Origin: Phycisphaerae bacterium
GTDB lineage: Bacteria > Planctomycetota > Phycisphaerae > Phycisphaerales > SM1A02
Reading direction: 5' to 3'
Length of the DNA: 18,665 nucleotides
Assembly (NCBI GenBank): GCA_002862325.1
Contig: PKCT01000011.1
Location: forward strand, 1-18,665
The position numbers and the translations under genes are program-made. The stretch's first letter is position 1. Each line of letters begins with the position of its first letter. Below are positions 1-6,956 of this stretch, one piece after another. Under the pieces are notes generated by a model. It saw only the letters and a program-made list of their open reading frames with translations. It was not told where the DNA came from and made no database searches.

Positions 1-101
1 GTGACCGCGAGCTCGTGGAAGTTCACCGTGTAGGTCGTGTTGAACAGGATCAGCACGAGGACGATGAGCACGGCAATGATGGCGGTGACGGTGCGATTCA
101 T
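1..101 (-). CDS. SPFH/band-7 (HflC-like) membrane protein, 5' fragment; the gene continues past the window start
   Basis: Reverse complement of 1..101 begins ATG(101..99) and reads MNRTVTAIIAVLIVLVLILFNTTYTVNFHELAV... That is a short N-terminus, a single TM helix, then the 'TV-F-E-AVV' opening strand of an SPFH domain as in HflC/HflK. It starts 58 nt downstream of the stop (160..162) of the HflK-like gene, in hflK-hflC order. It is not in the ORF track because it is open at the window edge. Confidence 0.45.
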   Translation of the reverse strand, partial: MNRTVTAIIAVLIVLVLILFNTTYTVNFHELAV

Positions 102-159
102 GATGTGCGTCCCGAACGGGGGCCATGGAAACAGACGGGATGAGAAGAGGACGACGCGG

Positions 160-2304
160 TCATTCCGAGTCCTCCATGTATTCGCGAAGGTTGAGACCCT
201 CGCTCGGCTCCTGCATCTCGAAGTCGAGATCGGTGCGAGAAGGATCGACGCCGAGCACGTACTTCGCTCGGACACCCTGGAGGCTCTTGCGGAGCACCTC
301 CATGATTCGACGCTCGCGATACAGCTCCGGAGCGGCGTCGTAGGACCCCACCTCGCCGAGAACCTCGGCGGCGGTCTGGCGGGCATCCATGTGGATCTGC
401 CATCGCAGCGAACGCGCGGCCGCGATGAAGGAGGCGATCATGCCTTGGCTGTCGCGAAGCTGGTTCTGGATGTCGATCCGCTTGCCGACGACTTCCGGAT
501 CGTCGCGCCCCTTCTCCTGCTCGAGGTCGAGATACTCGCGGATCTCCACGACCACCTCTCGCGCGAGTTCGGCGTCGCCGACCAACGCGGCCAGGCTGCT
601 GTCCGCTCGACGACGGGCCTCCTCGAGGGTCTTCTGGGTGTTCTGCATGTCGATCGAGAGCTCCTCGAACATCGCGACCGCCTGGTGCGGCGGTCGAAGC
701 GCGGGGATCCCCACCGACACCACCTCCACGCCGGTCGAGGCCTGATCGAACGCCTCCTGGATCCGGGTTCGCAGCGTCGATGGGAGGGCCGGGCCTCGAG
801 GCGAGAGGACCTCCTCGAGCGTGAGGGTCGAGAGCGTCTGGGTGACGACGCGGAGTGCGATCTCCTTCAACGCGAGCTCGCGAGTGTTGAAGGTCGATCG
901 ACGAGGACGACTGTCGCTGCAGAAGGTTATGTAGTCGACGAGCCCTCCGTCCCGGACGCGATATCGCAGGATGAGATCGGCGTCGATCAGGGCGAACTGG
1001 TTGCTCACCTGACGGTCGGGATTCTCGTCCGCCTCGTCCGGCAGCAGCGGATCCTGGATCGCCTCCTCGGGCTGGGTCACCAGTCGGTCCACCGTTCGCG
1101 TGATCGTCTCGGGGAGCGGATCGGCCGCGACGAGGAAGGGATCGTTCGGCGATTCGTCGTTCGGGTCCCAGAGGAACACCTCGCCGATGTCGCGAGGCGT
1201 GCCGTTGAGACTGATCTCACGGATCCTCGCGGTGTCGACCGACGTCGCGGTCTCGAACGGCCAGGGGAGCTTCAGGAAGACCGAGCCCGAGTGGACGTCG
1301 CCAACGATCCGGCCACCGCGCAGACGGACGGCCTGGCTCCCGGGCTCCACGACGACGATTGAACTGAGGGCGACGAGCACGACCAGACCGAAGACGATCA
1401 GCCAGGTGAAGCTTCGGAGAAGCAGCTGGTAGCCCCAGGAGCTCGTGATGTCGAAGCCGAATTGGTAGTTCACAGCCTCGTTGATCGAACGGACGATCGA
1501 ATCCGGCGCGGCGAAGAGGCTGAGGATCCGCGAATCGAAGGGCGGACGAGGCACTTCGCCCGGTCGTCGGGGGCGATAGAGGTTCAGAATGAAATTGAGG
1601 ACGATCTCGGCCGCGACCAGCAGCATGTAGACGGCCAGGCCGATGGCGATGCCGCGGATCACCCCAGGGTTCTCGAAGAACTGGAAGGCGATTCCGACCG
1701 CGACCGCGAGCAGGACCAGGGCGTTCCCCACCATGTGGCCCGCACCACCGCGAAGATTGGCCCAGACGGGGTTGGCCGCCATGCCCGCGACGAATCGCGA
1801 GAAGATGAACGCCACCAGAGCGAGCCCCAGCGTGATCGCGAGCTGCCAACCAGCATGGGCGCCGACCGTGAACGGTGTGACCTGGAGTTCGGGGTTCTCG
1901 AGATTCCGGAACCACAGCAGCGTTCTCCAGCCGAACAGGATCAGAAGTCCCGCCACGAGGAGACTCGCGGTCGGCATCAGCCAGGTGTGCATGAGACGAA
2001 GTCGCCGAGCGGCGACGTCGGTCTCCCCCTCTTCGAAGATGCCGGCCGCCTCCACCCCGCGTTCAGACGCGAGATCGTCGCGTTCGAGCGCCTCGAGCCG
2101 TTCGAGGCGATGCTGATGGAAGATGACCATCAGCGAGACCCAGACGAGCACGCCGGCGAGCACCGGCTCGCTCGCGATCACGAACGTCGAATCCTGGAAC
2201 ACGAACCCGTAGATCAGGAGGACGAGACCGATCGCCAGCTGAAGGAGGAACCCCATTCCTGCAACCCGTGTGGCCTGCTGGTAGGCGAGATGGTCGGTTC
2301 TCAT
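160..2304 (-). CDS. Polytopic membrane protein with a C-terminal SPFH/band-7 (HflK-like) domain. The first ~330 aa hold about seven predicted TM helices.
   Basis: ORF 160..2457(-). The probable start is the in-frame ATG at 2304..2302, peptide MRTDHLAYQQ. The segment upstream of it is Arg/Ser/Pro-rich and looks non-coding. The N-terminus has about seven hydrophobic helices: GFLLQLAIGLVLLIYGF, VLAGVLVWVSLMVIF, ASLLVAGLLILFGW, WQLAITLGLALVAFIF, ALVLLAVAVGIAFQFF, IAIGLAVYMLLVAAEIVLNFIL, WLIVFGLVVLVALSSIVVV. The next stretch is EPGSQAVRLRGGRIVGD..VFLKLPWPFE, the HflK 'V-EGE-GVV-RFGK...GL-F--P-P' opening. The SPFH core follows: QFALIDADLILRYRVRDGGLVDY; VEVVSVGIPALRPPHQAVAMFEELSIDMQNTQKTLEEARRRADSSLAALVGDAELAR..; and ..YDAAPELYRERRIMEVL, compared with E. 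coli HflK '..PPEEVKAAFDDAI..AQG.A.RF..LL.EY..AP.ITRERLYIETM'. Confidence 0.8.
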   Translation of the reverse strand: MRTDHLAYQQATRVAGMGFLLQLAIGLVLLIYGFVFQDSTFVIASEPVLAGVLVWVSLMVIFHQHRLERLEALERDDLASERGVEAAGIFEEGETDVAARRLRLMHTWLMPTASLLVAGLLILFGWRTLLWFRNLENPELQVTPFTVGAHAGWQLAITLGLALVAFIFSRFVAGMAANPVWANLRGGAGHMVGNALVLLAVAVGIAFQFFENPGVIRGIAIGLAVYMLLVAAEIVLNFILNLYRPRRPGEVPRPPFDSRILSLFAAPDSIVRSINEAVNYQFGFDITSSWGYQLLLRSFTWLIVFGLVVLVALSSIVVVEPGSQAVRLRGGRIVGDVHSGSVFLKLPWPFETATSVDTARIREISLNGTPRDIGEVFLWDPNDESPNDPFLVAADPLPETITRTVDRLVTQPEEAIQDPLLPDEADENPDRQVSNQFALIDADLILRYRVRDGGLVDYITFCSDSRPRRSTFNTRELALKEIALRVVTQTLSTLTLEEVLSPRGPALPSTLRTRIQEAFDQASTGVEVVSVGIPALRPPHQAVAMFEELSIDMQNTQKTLEEARRRADSSLAALVGDAELAREVVVEIREYLDLEQEKGRDDPEVVGKRIDIQNQLRDSQGMIASFIAAARSLRWQIHMDARQTAAEVLGEVGSYDAAPELYRERRIMEVLRKSLQGVRAKYVLGVDPSRTDLDFEMQEPSEGLNLREYMEDSE

Positions 2305-2573
2305 GCGGTGGTCATCCGAAGAGGCGCGTGAACTGGGGAGATGGGACCGTGGATCCCGGAAAATCGATCGTGGCGGACGCTTGAGACGTGGGGGTTCACC
2401 CAAACGGACACGTCGGTGAACTCCGAAGCGACCCGGATCGAACTTCGGCCAAGCCAACGCATCTCGGGGTACGATGACAATGCGTCATGGTTCGATCCTC
2501 TGCACTTCGAGGATGATACCCCGACGAGGACTTCGGCGACCGCCGCATCGCCCTCCCCTGGATCCAGCCCCTC

Positions 2574-3611
2574 ATGGCCACGCTCGAACAGCTCCTTGCG
2601 ATCGCGAGAAACACGCTCTTCGAGAGCATCCGCCAACCCATCCTGCTGGTGGTCCTGGTGGTCGCGACCCTCTTCGTGATCCTCAGCAACCCGTTCAGCG
2701 CCTACACCCTGCAGGACGACCAGAGGATGTTCGTCGACATCGGCCTCTCGACGATCTTCATCGGCGGTGCGATCCTGGCCGCCTTCATCGCTTCGAACGT
2801 CCTGACGCGGGAGATCGACAACCGAACCGTACTCACGGTCGTTTCCAAGCCCGTATCGAGGCCGGTCTTCGTGATCGGAAAGTACCTGGGGGTGGTGACG
2901 GCCCAGATCCTGGTGATGGTCTTCCTCGCCCTCGTGTTCATGATCGTCGAGGTGCACGGGGTGCGACAGAACGCGTCCGATCCATGGCACGTCCCCGCCC
3001 TCCTGCTCGGTTTCGGCGCGATCGTCCTGGGCGTGGGTGCCGGGGTCTGGTGCAACTACCTCTACGGCTTCGTGTTCTCCAGCACCTTCATCGTGCTGAC
3101 GACCCCGCTGTTGCTGATCGCCTACGGGCTCTGCCTCGTCTTCGGCCCGGACTTCACGCCCCAACCCCTCGCGGTGTCGTTCCAGGGACAGCTCTGGGTG
3201 GCCATCTTCGTACTGTTCATCGGCGAATTCGTGCTGACCGCGATCGCGCTCGCCGCCAGCACCCGGCTCGGCCAGGTCCTGACCCTGGTCACGACGATCG
3301 GCTTCTTCGTGCTCGGACTCCTCTCGGACTGGCTCCTGGGCCGCCGACTCGTCCGCATCGACGAGATCGTCGCCAGCCTCGAGAACGCTGGAGCGTCGCC
3401 CAGCACGCCGTTGGTGCTCGAGCAGTGGGCCCTGTCGATCGCCTACGCCATGGTTCCCAACTTCCAGGTGTTCTGGCTCGCCGACGCCATCACCCAGAAG
3501 TCCACGATTCCCGCTGACTACGTGTTGGCGACCGTGCCCTACGGGTTTGCGCTCGTCATCGTCGCTCTTGGATTGGCGATCGTACTCTTCCAGCGACGGG
3601 AAGTCGGCTGA
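2574..3611 (+). CDS. ABC-2 family transporter permease, six TM helices
   Basis: ATG at 2574, TGA at 3609..3611. It reads MATLEQLLAIARNTLFESIRQPILLVVLVVATLFVILS...REIDNRTVLTVVSKPVSRPVFVIGKYLG... The block 'RE-(E/D)-TLE-LLS-P-SR-V-GK-L' is typical of ABC-2/NosY-like permeases. Further hydrophobic helices run to the C-terminus. There is no cognate ATPase gene next to it in this window. Confidence 0.75.
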   Translation: MATLEQLLAIARNTLFESIRQPILLVVLVVATLFVILSNPFSAYTLQDDQRMFVDIGLSTIFIGGAILAAFIASNVLTREIDNRTVLTVVSKPVSRPVFVIGKYLGVVTAQILVMVFLALVFMIVEVHGVRQNASDPWHVPALLLGFGAIVLGVGAGVWCNYLYGFVFSSTFIVLTTPLLLIAYGLCLVFGPDFTPQPLAVSFQGQLWVAIFVLFIGEFVLTAIALAASTRLGQVLTLVTTIGFFVLGLLSDWLLGRRLVRIDEIVASLENAGASPSTPLVLEQWALSIAYAMVPNFQVFWLADAITQKSTIPADYVLATVPYGFALVIVALGLAIVLFQRREVG

Positions 3612-3625
3612 GCCGAACTCCCCGT

Positions 3626-4216
3626 TCAGCGGCCGGTGCGACGAAAGATCAGAAGCGACAGCCCCGGCACGATCATGGGCAGGAACCCGACGGTTGCCAG
3701 ACGTCGTGCGCCGCCGTCTCGGATCTCGTCTGGGGTGCGGTCGAGGAATCCCGGCGGAATCTCCTCGCCGGCGGCGACCAACGCCTCGCGTTGAAGCTCC
3801 TGCACCTGATACTGGAACTCCGCCGCGCCATCGATCGACACGTATGCGGCGAAGAGAAGTATCAGAGTCTGGAGCAGCGCGAGCACCGCCCACCACCTGA
3901 TCACCGTTCGAGCCCAACCGGCGGATGCGAAGAGGCCGAACGCCCCCACTGCTAGCATGATCGCGAGCGCCGTGCCGGAGATCGCCGACCAGGTGGCCTG
4001 CTCCATGATGCTCGGGGGCACGACGATCGCGGCGGGATCCACGCCGAGCTCGACGAGCTTCACGCGAATCGCTCGTGGACCGATCGCGTGCGCTAGTCCG
4101 GCCGCGAGCGAGATCGCCGCGTAGATCACCATGAGAAACCCGAGGACCGTGTCGCGCGACGCTTCGCGTCGGCGATCATCGGCACCCTCGGGTTGGTCGG
4201 CCGGTTCGTCGGTCAC
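3626..4216 (-). CDS. Hypothetical small membrane protein (about 4 TM helices, acidic N-terminus), last gene of the NfeD-like operon
   Basis: ORF 3626..4216(-). The codon at 4216..4214 is GTG with no obvious SD, so the start is uncertain. An in-frame ATG at 4132 (peptide MVIYAAISL) is an alternative. Four hydrophobic segments: LGFLMVIYAAISLAAGLA, ISGTALAIMLAVGAFGLF, WWAVLALLQTLILLFAAYV, ATVGFLPMIVPGLSLLIF. It begins 10 nt after the stop of the upstream gene (4227). Confidence 0.55.
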   Translation of the reverse strand: MTDEPADQPEGADDRRREASRDTVLGFLMVIYAAISLAAGLAHAIGPRAIRVKLVELGVDPAAIVVPPSIMEQATWSAISGTALAIMLAVGAFGLFASAGWARTVIRWWAVLALLQTLILLFAAYVSIDGAAEFQYQVQELQREALVAAGEEIPPGFLDRTPDEIRDGGARRLATVGFLPMIVPGLSLLIFRRTGR

Positions 4217-4226
4217 GAGAAAGGCG

Positions 4227-5564
4227 CTAGCGGCGGGAGGCGATCTGCTTGCGAAGGGCTTCCATCTGCCTGATGAGCTCTTCCTTCGGTCCGAAGGGAG
4301 AACGGCACTCGACGATCATGATGATGTCGCCGCACGCCTCGTAGTGGGACAGAAGTCGCTTCATGTGTCGAAGCCGCTCCTGGTCCGTTGAACTCAAGTT
4401 GTAGTCCTGCATGATCCTCGGCGTCTGCTCCTTCGCACGATCGATCGCGCGGGTGTGCCGATCGTAGATCTTCTGCCCCGCATCGGTGACTTCGTTCCAC
4501 TCGGAGAGTCCGAGATGTTTCGCGAGCTCGTCCTTGGTGTTCGCGACTCCCATGCAGTAGCCCACGTCGATCGCCTGAAGCTTGTTGAGGGTGAGGACGT
4601 TGGTCGCATCGCAGAGATCGACCTCGCCGCTCAGATCGTCGTAGATCGTGACCTTGCCGGTCTCCGGATCCTTGGTGTAGCTGCAGACCTCGCCCCGGGT
4701 GATCATCGCTTCCGCGATCGACCGATTGAGATTGCTCTCCTCGGCCGCATCGCCGCACCGCTTGACCCAGGCGTCGAGCCGTCGACCGCTGATCGACACA
4801 CCGGTTCCACTGTTGAACATCACGATGGCGCCCATGGTGCCCTCGTCGTGCCAGTAGATCTCGTTCGCGTGCATGGCGGTGTAGGCCGCCGCGGAGATCG
4901 CCTTCTCGACCCAGGCCACGACACGGTGCCGCTTCTTGAGTTCGGTGAGCGTCTCATGGATCTTGTCGCCCTCGGTGACCATGCCACCGCCCGACTCGAT
5001 GTGGATGACGATGATCTGATTGTCGCCGTACTTGTCGGCCTCGGCCGCGATCTTCTCCATCTCGTCGTGCCGGGCGTAGGTCCCGACCATGCCGGTCCAT
5101 CGGAGGTAGAACACACCCGGCTTCTCGGCCGAGAGGACTTCGGCGTCGGTCGAACCGACCGTGCGTCCGCTCGGCGAGGAACCGCCGGAGGCTGCGTCCG
5201 CCGTGGATGTCGGAGCCGTCACCTCGGCCTGGCCGACCGTGGTCATGGAGAGGATGTCACCTTCGAGGATGATCTCGCGAGCGTCCCGGCCGGCCGCGGT
5301 CGTCTGCAGCGTGATCGCTCGACGACCGGGCTTGCCCTTGGTGATCTCGACGATCGTGCCCTCGAGCGACTGCGTCTTCCCGGTCCGGAAGTGCTTGAAC
5401 TCGACCTGGACGATCGCACCGTTGTCTCCCCGCCAGCTCTTGCCGTTCTTGAAACGAAGCGTCGTCTCGGCGAGCGCGTCGGTCGGCATCGCGAGCATCA
5501 CCGCGACGATGGCGATGAGACCGAACGTGGTCAGAAGACTCTTGATCCTCGAGTGAATCCTCAT
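4227..5564 (-). CDS. Secreted NfeD-like protein, a ClpP-class serine protease-like family (MEROPS clan SK)
   Basis: Start is the ATG at 5564..5562, preceded by GTTGATAGGAGTCGAT with an AGGAG SD 5 nt upstream. The ORF-track start further upstream looks spurious. The signal peptide is MRIHSRIKSLLTTFGLIAIVAVMLAMPTDALA|ETT. The ClpP/NfeD core is ..DNQIIVIHIESGGGMVTEGDKIHETL...RVVAWVEKAISAAAYTAMHANEIYW.., compared with archaeal NfeD 'ALIIELDTPGGRAD...IPVIIYVYPPGASAASAGTYIA'. A small N-terminal beta-rich domain (FKNGKSWRGDNGAIVQVEF..GTIVEIT) precedes it. Confidence 0.8.
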   Translation of the reverse strand: MRIHSRIKSLLTTFGLIAIVAVMLAMPTDALAETTLRFKNGKSWRGDNGAIVQVEFKHFRTGKTQSLEGTIVEITKGKPGRRAITLQTTAAGRDAREIILEGDILSMTTVGQAEVTAPTSTADAASGGSSPSGRTVGSTDAEVLSAEKPGVFYLRWTGMVGTYARHDEMEKIAAEADKYGDNQIIVIHIESGGGMVTEGDKIHETLTELKKRHRVVAWVEKAISAAAYTAMHANEIYWHDEGTMGAIVMFNSGTGVSISGRRLDAWVKRCGDAAEESNLNRSIAEAMITRGEVCSYTKDPETGKVTIYDDLSGEVDLCDATNVLTLNKLQAIDVGYCMGVANTKDELAKHLGLSEWNEVTDAGQKIYDRHTRAIDRAKEQTPRIMQDYNLSSTDQERLRHMKRLLSHYEACGDIIMIVECRSPFGPKEELIRQMEALRKQIASRR

Positions 5565-5630
5565 ATCGACTCCTATCAACGAACCAAACTGAGGCCCCGT
5601 CCTGGTGGCGGGACATGTGGAGAGACCCAA

Positions 5631-6779
5631 TCAGCCGCCGAGGCCGCCGCCGCGTCCACTCTTCCCGCTCCTACCACGCGAGGATCCGCCCCGCCCGTTT
5701 CGCTTCGATTCGGCGATCGCCTTCTGGATGCTCTTGATCTTGCCTTCGAGCTGAAGGACCGAGACCCCGAAGTCCCTGGAGAGACGAGTCTCGACCGCGG
5801 GATACTGCCGAGCGAGACCGAGGACCTTCTTGTAGGTGTTCATGGCTCGCCCCATGCCCTTGATGCCGCCTTCGCGTTCCTGCTCCGCGGCATCGCGAAG
5901 AAGCCCCTGGCACTGCTCGAACGCACGTCGCCATCGCTCCTTGTAGGTCTCGAACATCTCCTGCCCCCGCTCGTTCATCTCGTAGTCCTGATGACCAAGC
6001 AGGAAGACCAGGTCCTCGAGATTCTCGACCGATCCTTCGGAGAGCATGACCCGCTCCGCCCGATCGCTGTCGAAGTTGAGCACCCGCTCTGTGCTGCTGT
6101 CGAGCGTCCAGACCGCGCCGTTGGGGTCTTCGGAGAAGACCACATCGCGGCCGTCGAACTTCGCGTAAAGCTTCTTCTCCGGCATCACCATCGCGTGGAG
6201 GACCGGGATGAGGTCCTCGCGGCCACCATGCATCAGGAACTTCTCCGCCGTGCCCATCCAGGCGCCTTCCATCTTCGCCTGGACGTCCGCGTCGTTCTGG
6301 GCGAAGAACGCCTGGATGACTCGAAGACCACCGAACCGGCTGTCGGGGCTGTCGGTCATGAACATCTTGGGGAATCCGAAACCGAGGATCGCACCGATTC
6401 CGTATCCATCGTCCAGCCAGACGACCATGTCCTCGCGATCGACCCCGGCCTTTCGCAGCCCCGTGTGGATGTCCTTGAGCATGCCCTCGTACTCCTGGAA
6501 CATACCGAGCATGCCGGCTTCCCGACGGTCGTCATTCTGGATGTGCTCGATCGTGTCCACGTCCGCCGAATTCAGCTTGAAGACGACGACGTCTGGCTTT
6601 ACCTCCTGGACATCCTCGATGATCGTCTCGTAGATGGAGGGATGGATGTCGGTTCCCATCTGACCGTCCATCGGGATGACGTAGACGACTGGCTTCGCGG
6701 TTTCGCTCGCGACATCGCCCGTCGGGGCGGACGTCGGGGCCATGACCAGAGAGGCGGCGAGGAGGGACGTGAAGGGCAT
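5631..6779 (-). CDS. Secreted NfeD-like paralog, probably catalytically inactive, with a Gly/Arg-rich C-terminal tail
   Basis: Start is the ATG at 6779..6777, with a GGAG motif 7 nt upstream. The N-terminus MPFTSLLAASLVMAPTSAPTG is signal-like. The stretch KPVVYVIPMDGQMGTDIHPSIYETIIEDVQEVKPDVVVFKLNSADV parallels the NfeD 'VYVAKIDGMITPATADYIERAIDVAEDRNAEALIIELDTPGG' region. The 'TPGG' oxyanion motif is replaced by 'NSAD', and the 'GASAASAG' serine motif is replaced by 'DGYGIGAILG'. The C-terminal tail is KRNGRGGSSRGRSGKSGRGGGLGG. The stop at 5631 lies 66 nt upstream of the next gene. Confidence 0.7.
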   Translation of the reverse strand: MPFTSLLAASLVMAPTSAPTGDVASETAKPVVYVIPMDGQMGTDIHPSIYETIIEDVQEVKPDVVVFKLNSADVDTIEHIQNDDRREAGMLGMFQEYEGMLKDIHTGLRKAGVDREDMVVWLDDGYGIGAILGFGFPKMFMTDSPDSRFGGLRVIQAFFAQNDADVQAKMEGAWMGTAEKFLMHGGREDLIPVLHAMVMPEKKLYAKFDGRDVVFSEDPNGAVWTLDSSTERVLNFDSDRAERVMLSEGSVENLEDLVFLLGHQDYEMNERGQEMFETYKERWRRAFEQCQGLLRDAAEQEREGGIKGMGRAMNTYKKVLGLARQYPAVETRLSRDFGVSVLQLEGKIKSIQKAIAESKRNGRGGSSRGRSGKSGRGGGLGG

Positions 6780-6861
6780 GATGGAACTCCAGACGGGTGA
6801 CTGCGCTCTGCCGTCCGGATATGGACGGGATGCTCCGCCGATGGGCGGCCAAGAGGACATG

Positions 6862-6894
6862 CGAAAACGGACTCTGTCATCAAAGACAGATCCG
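6862..6894 (-). terminator. Probable intrinsic terminator of the isomerase-cmk-plsC-cca operon
   Basis: Minus-strand reading: GGATCTGTC-TTTGAT-GACAGAGTCC, an imperfect 9-10 bp stem at plus coordinates 6869..6893. It is followed by GTTTTCGC; the U-tract is the complement of AAAA at 6864..6867. It sits 63 nt after the cca stop at 6957. Confidence 0.4.
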
Positions 6895-6956
6895 CTTAAG
6901 ATATCAAGTTTCCACCCTCAATCCGCCTCATCGATCCCCGAAACCATGCCTCGGGA

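Noticed and set aside
3609-3630. GCTGA-N14-TCAGC inverted repeat containing both convergent stop codons, as a possible bidirectional terminator
   Set aside because: The stem is 5 bp with a 14-nt loop and no U-tract, so it would be thermodynamically negligible. It most likely reflects the symmetric TGA/TCA stop codons.
4455-6800. 781-aa plus-strand ORF spanning both NfeD-like genes, and similar long ORFs at 37..1362(+), 2301..3917(-), 6972..8639(+), 8177..9154(+), 8207..9001(-), 12216..13619(-), 13199..15046(+), 13674..14729(-) and 16786..18591(-)
   Set aside because: All lie antisense or out of frame to genes with clear family signatures. Their translations are dominated by Arg/Gly/Asp/Pro/His runs with no recognisable motifs or hydrophobic cores. 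This is the expected stop-codon-poor artefact of roughly 66% GC DNA.
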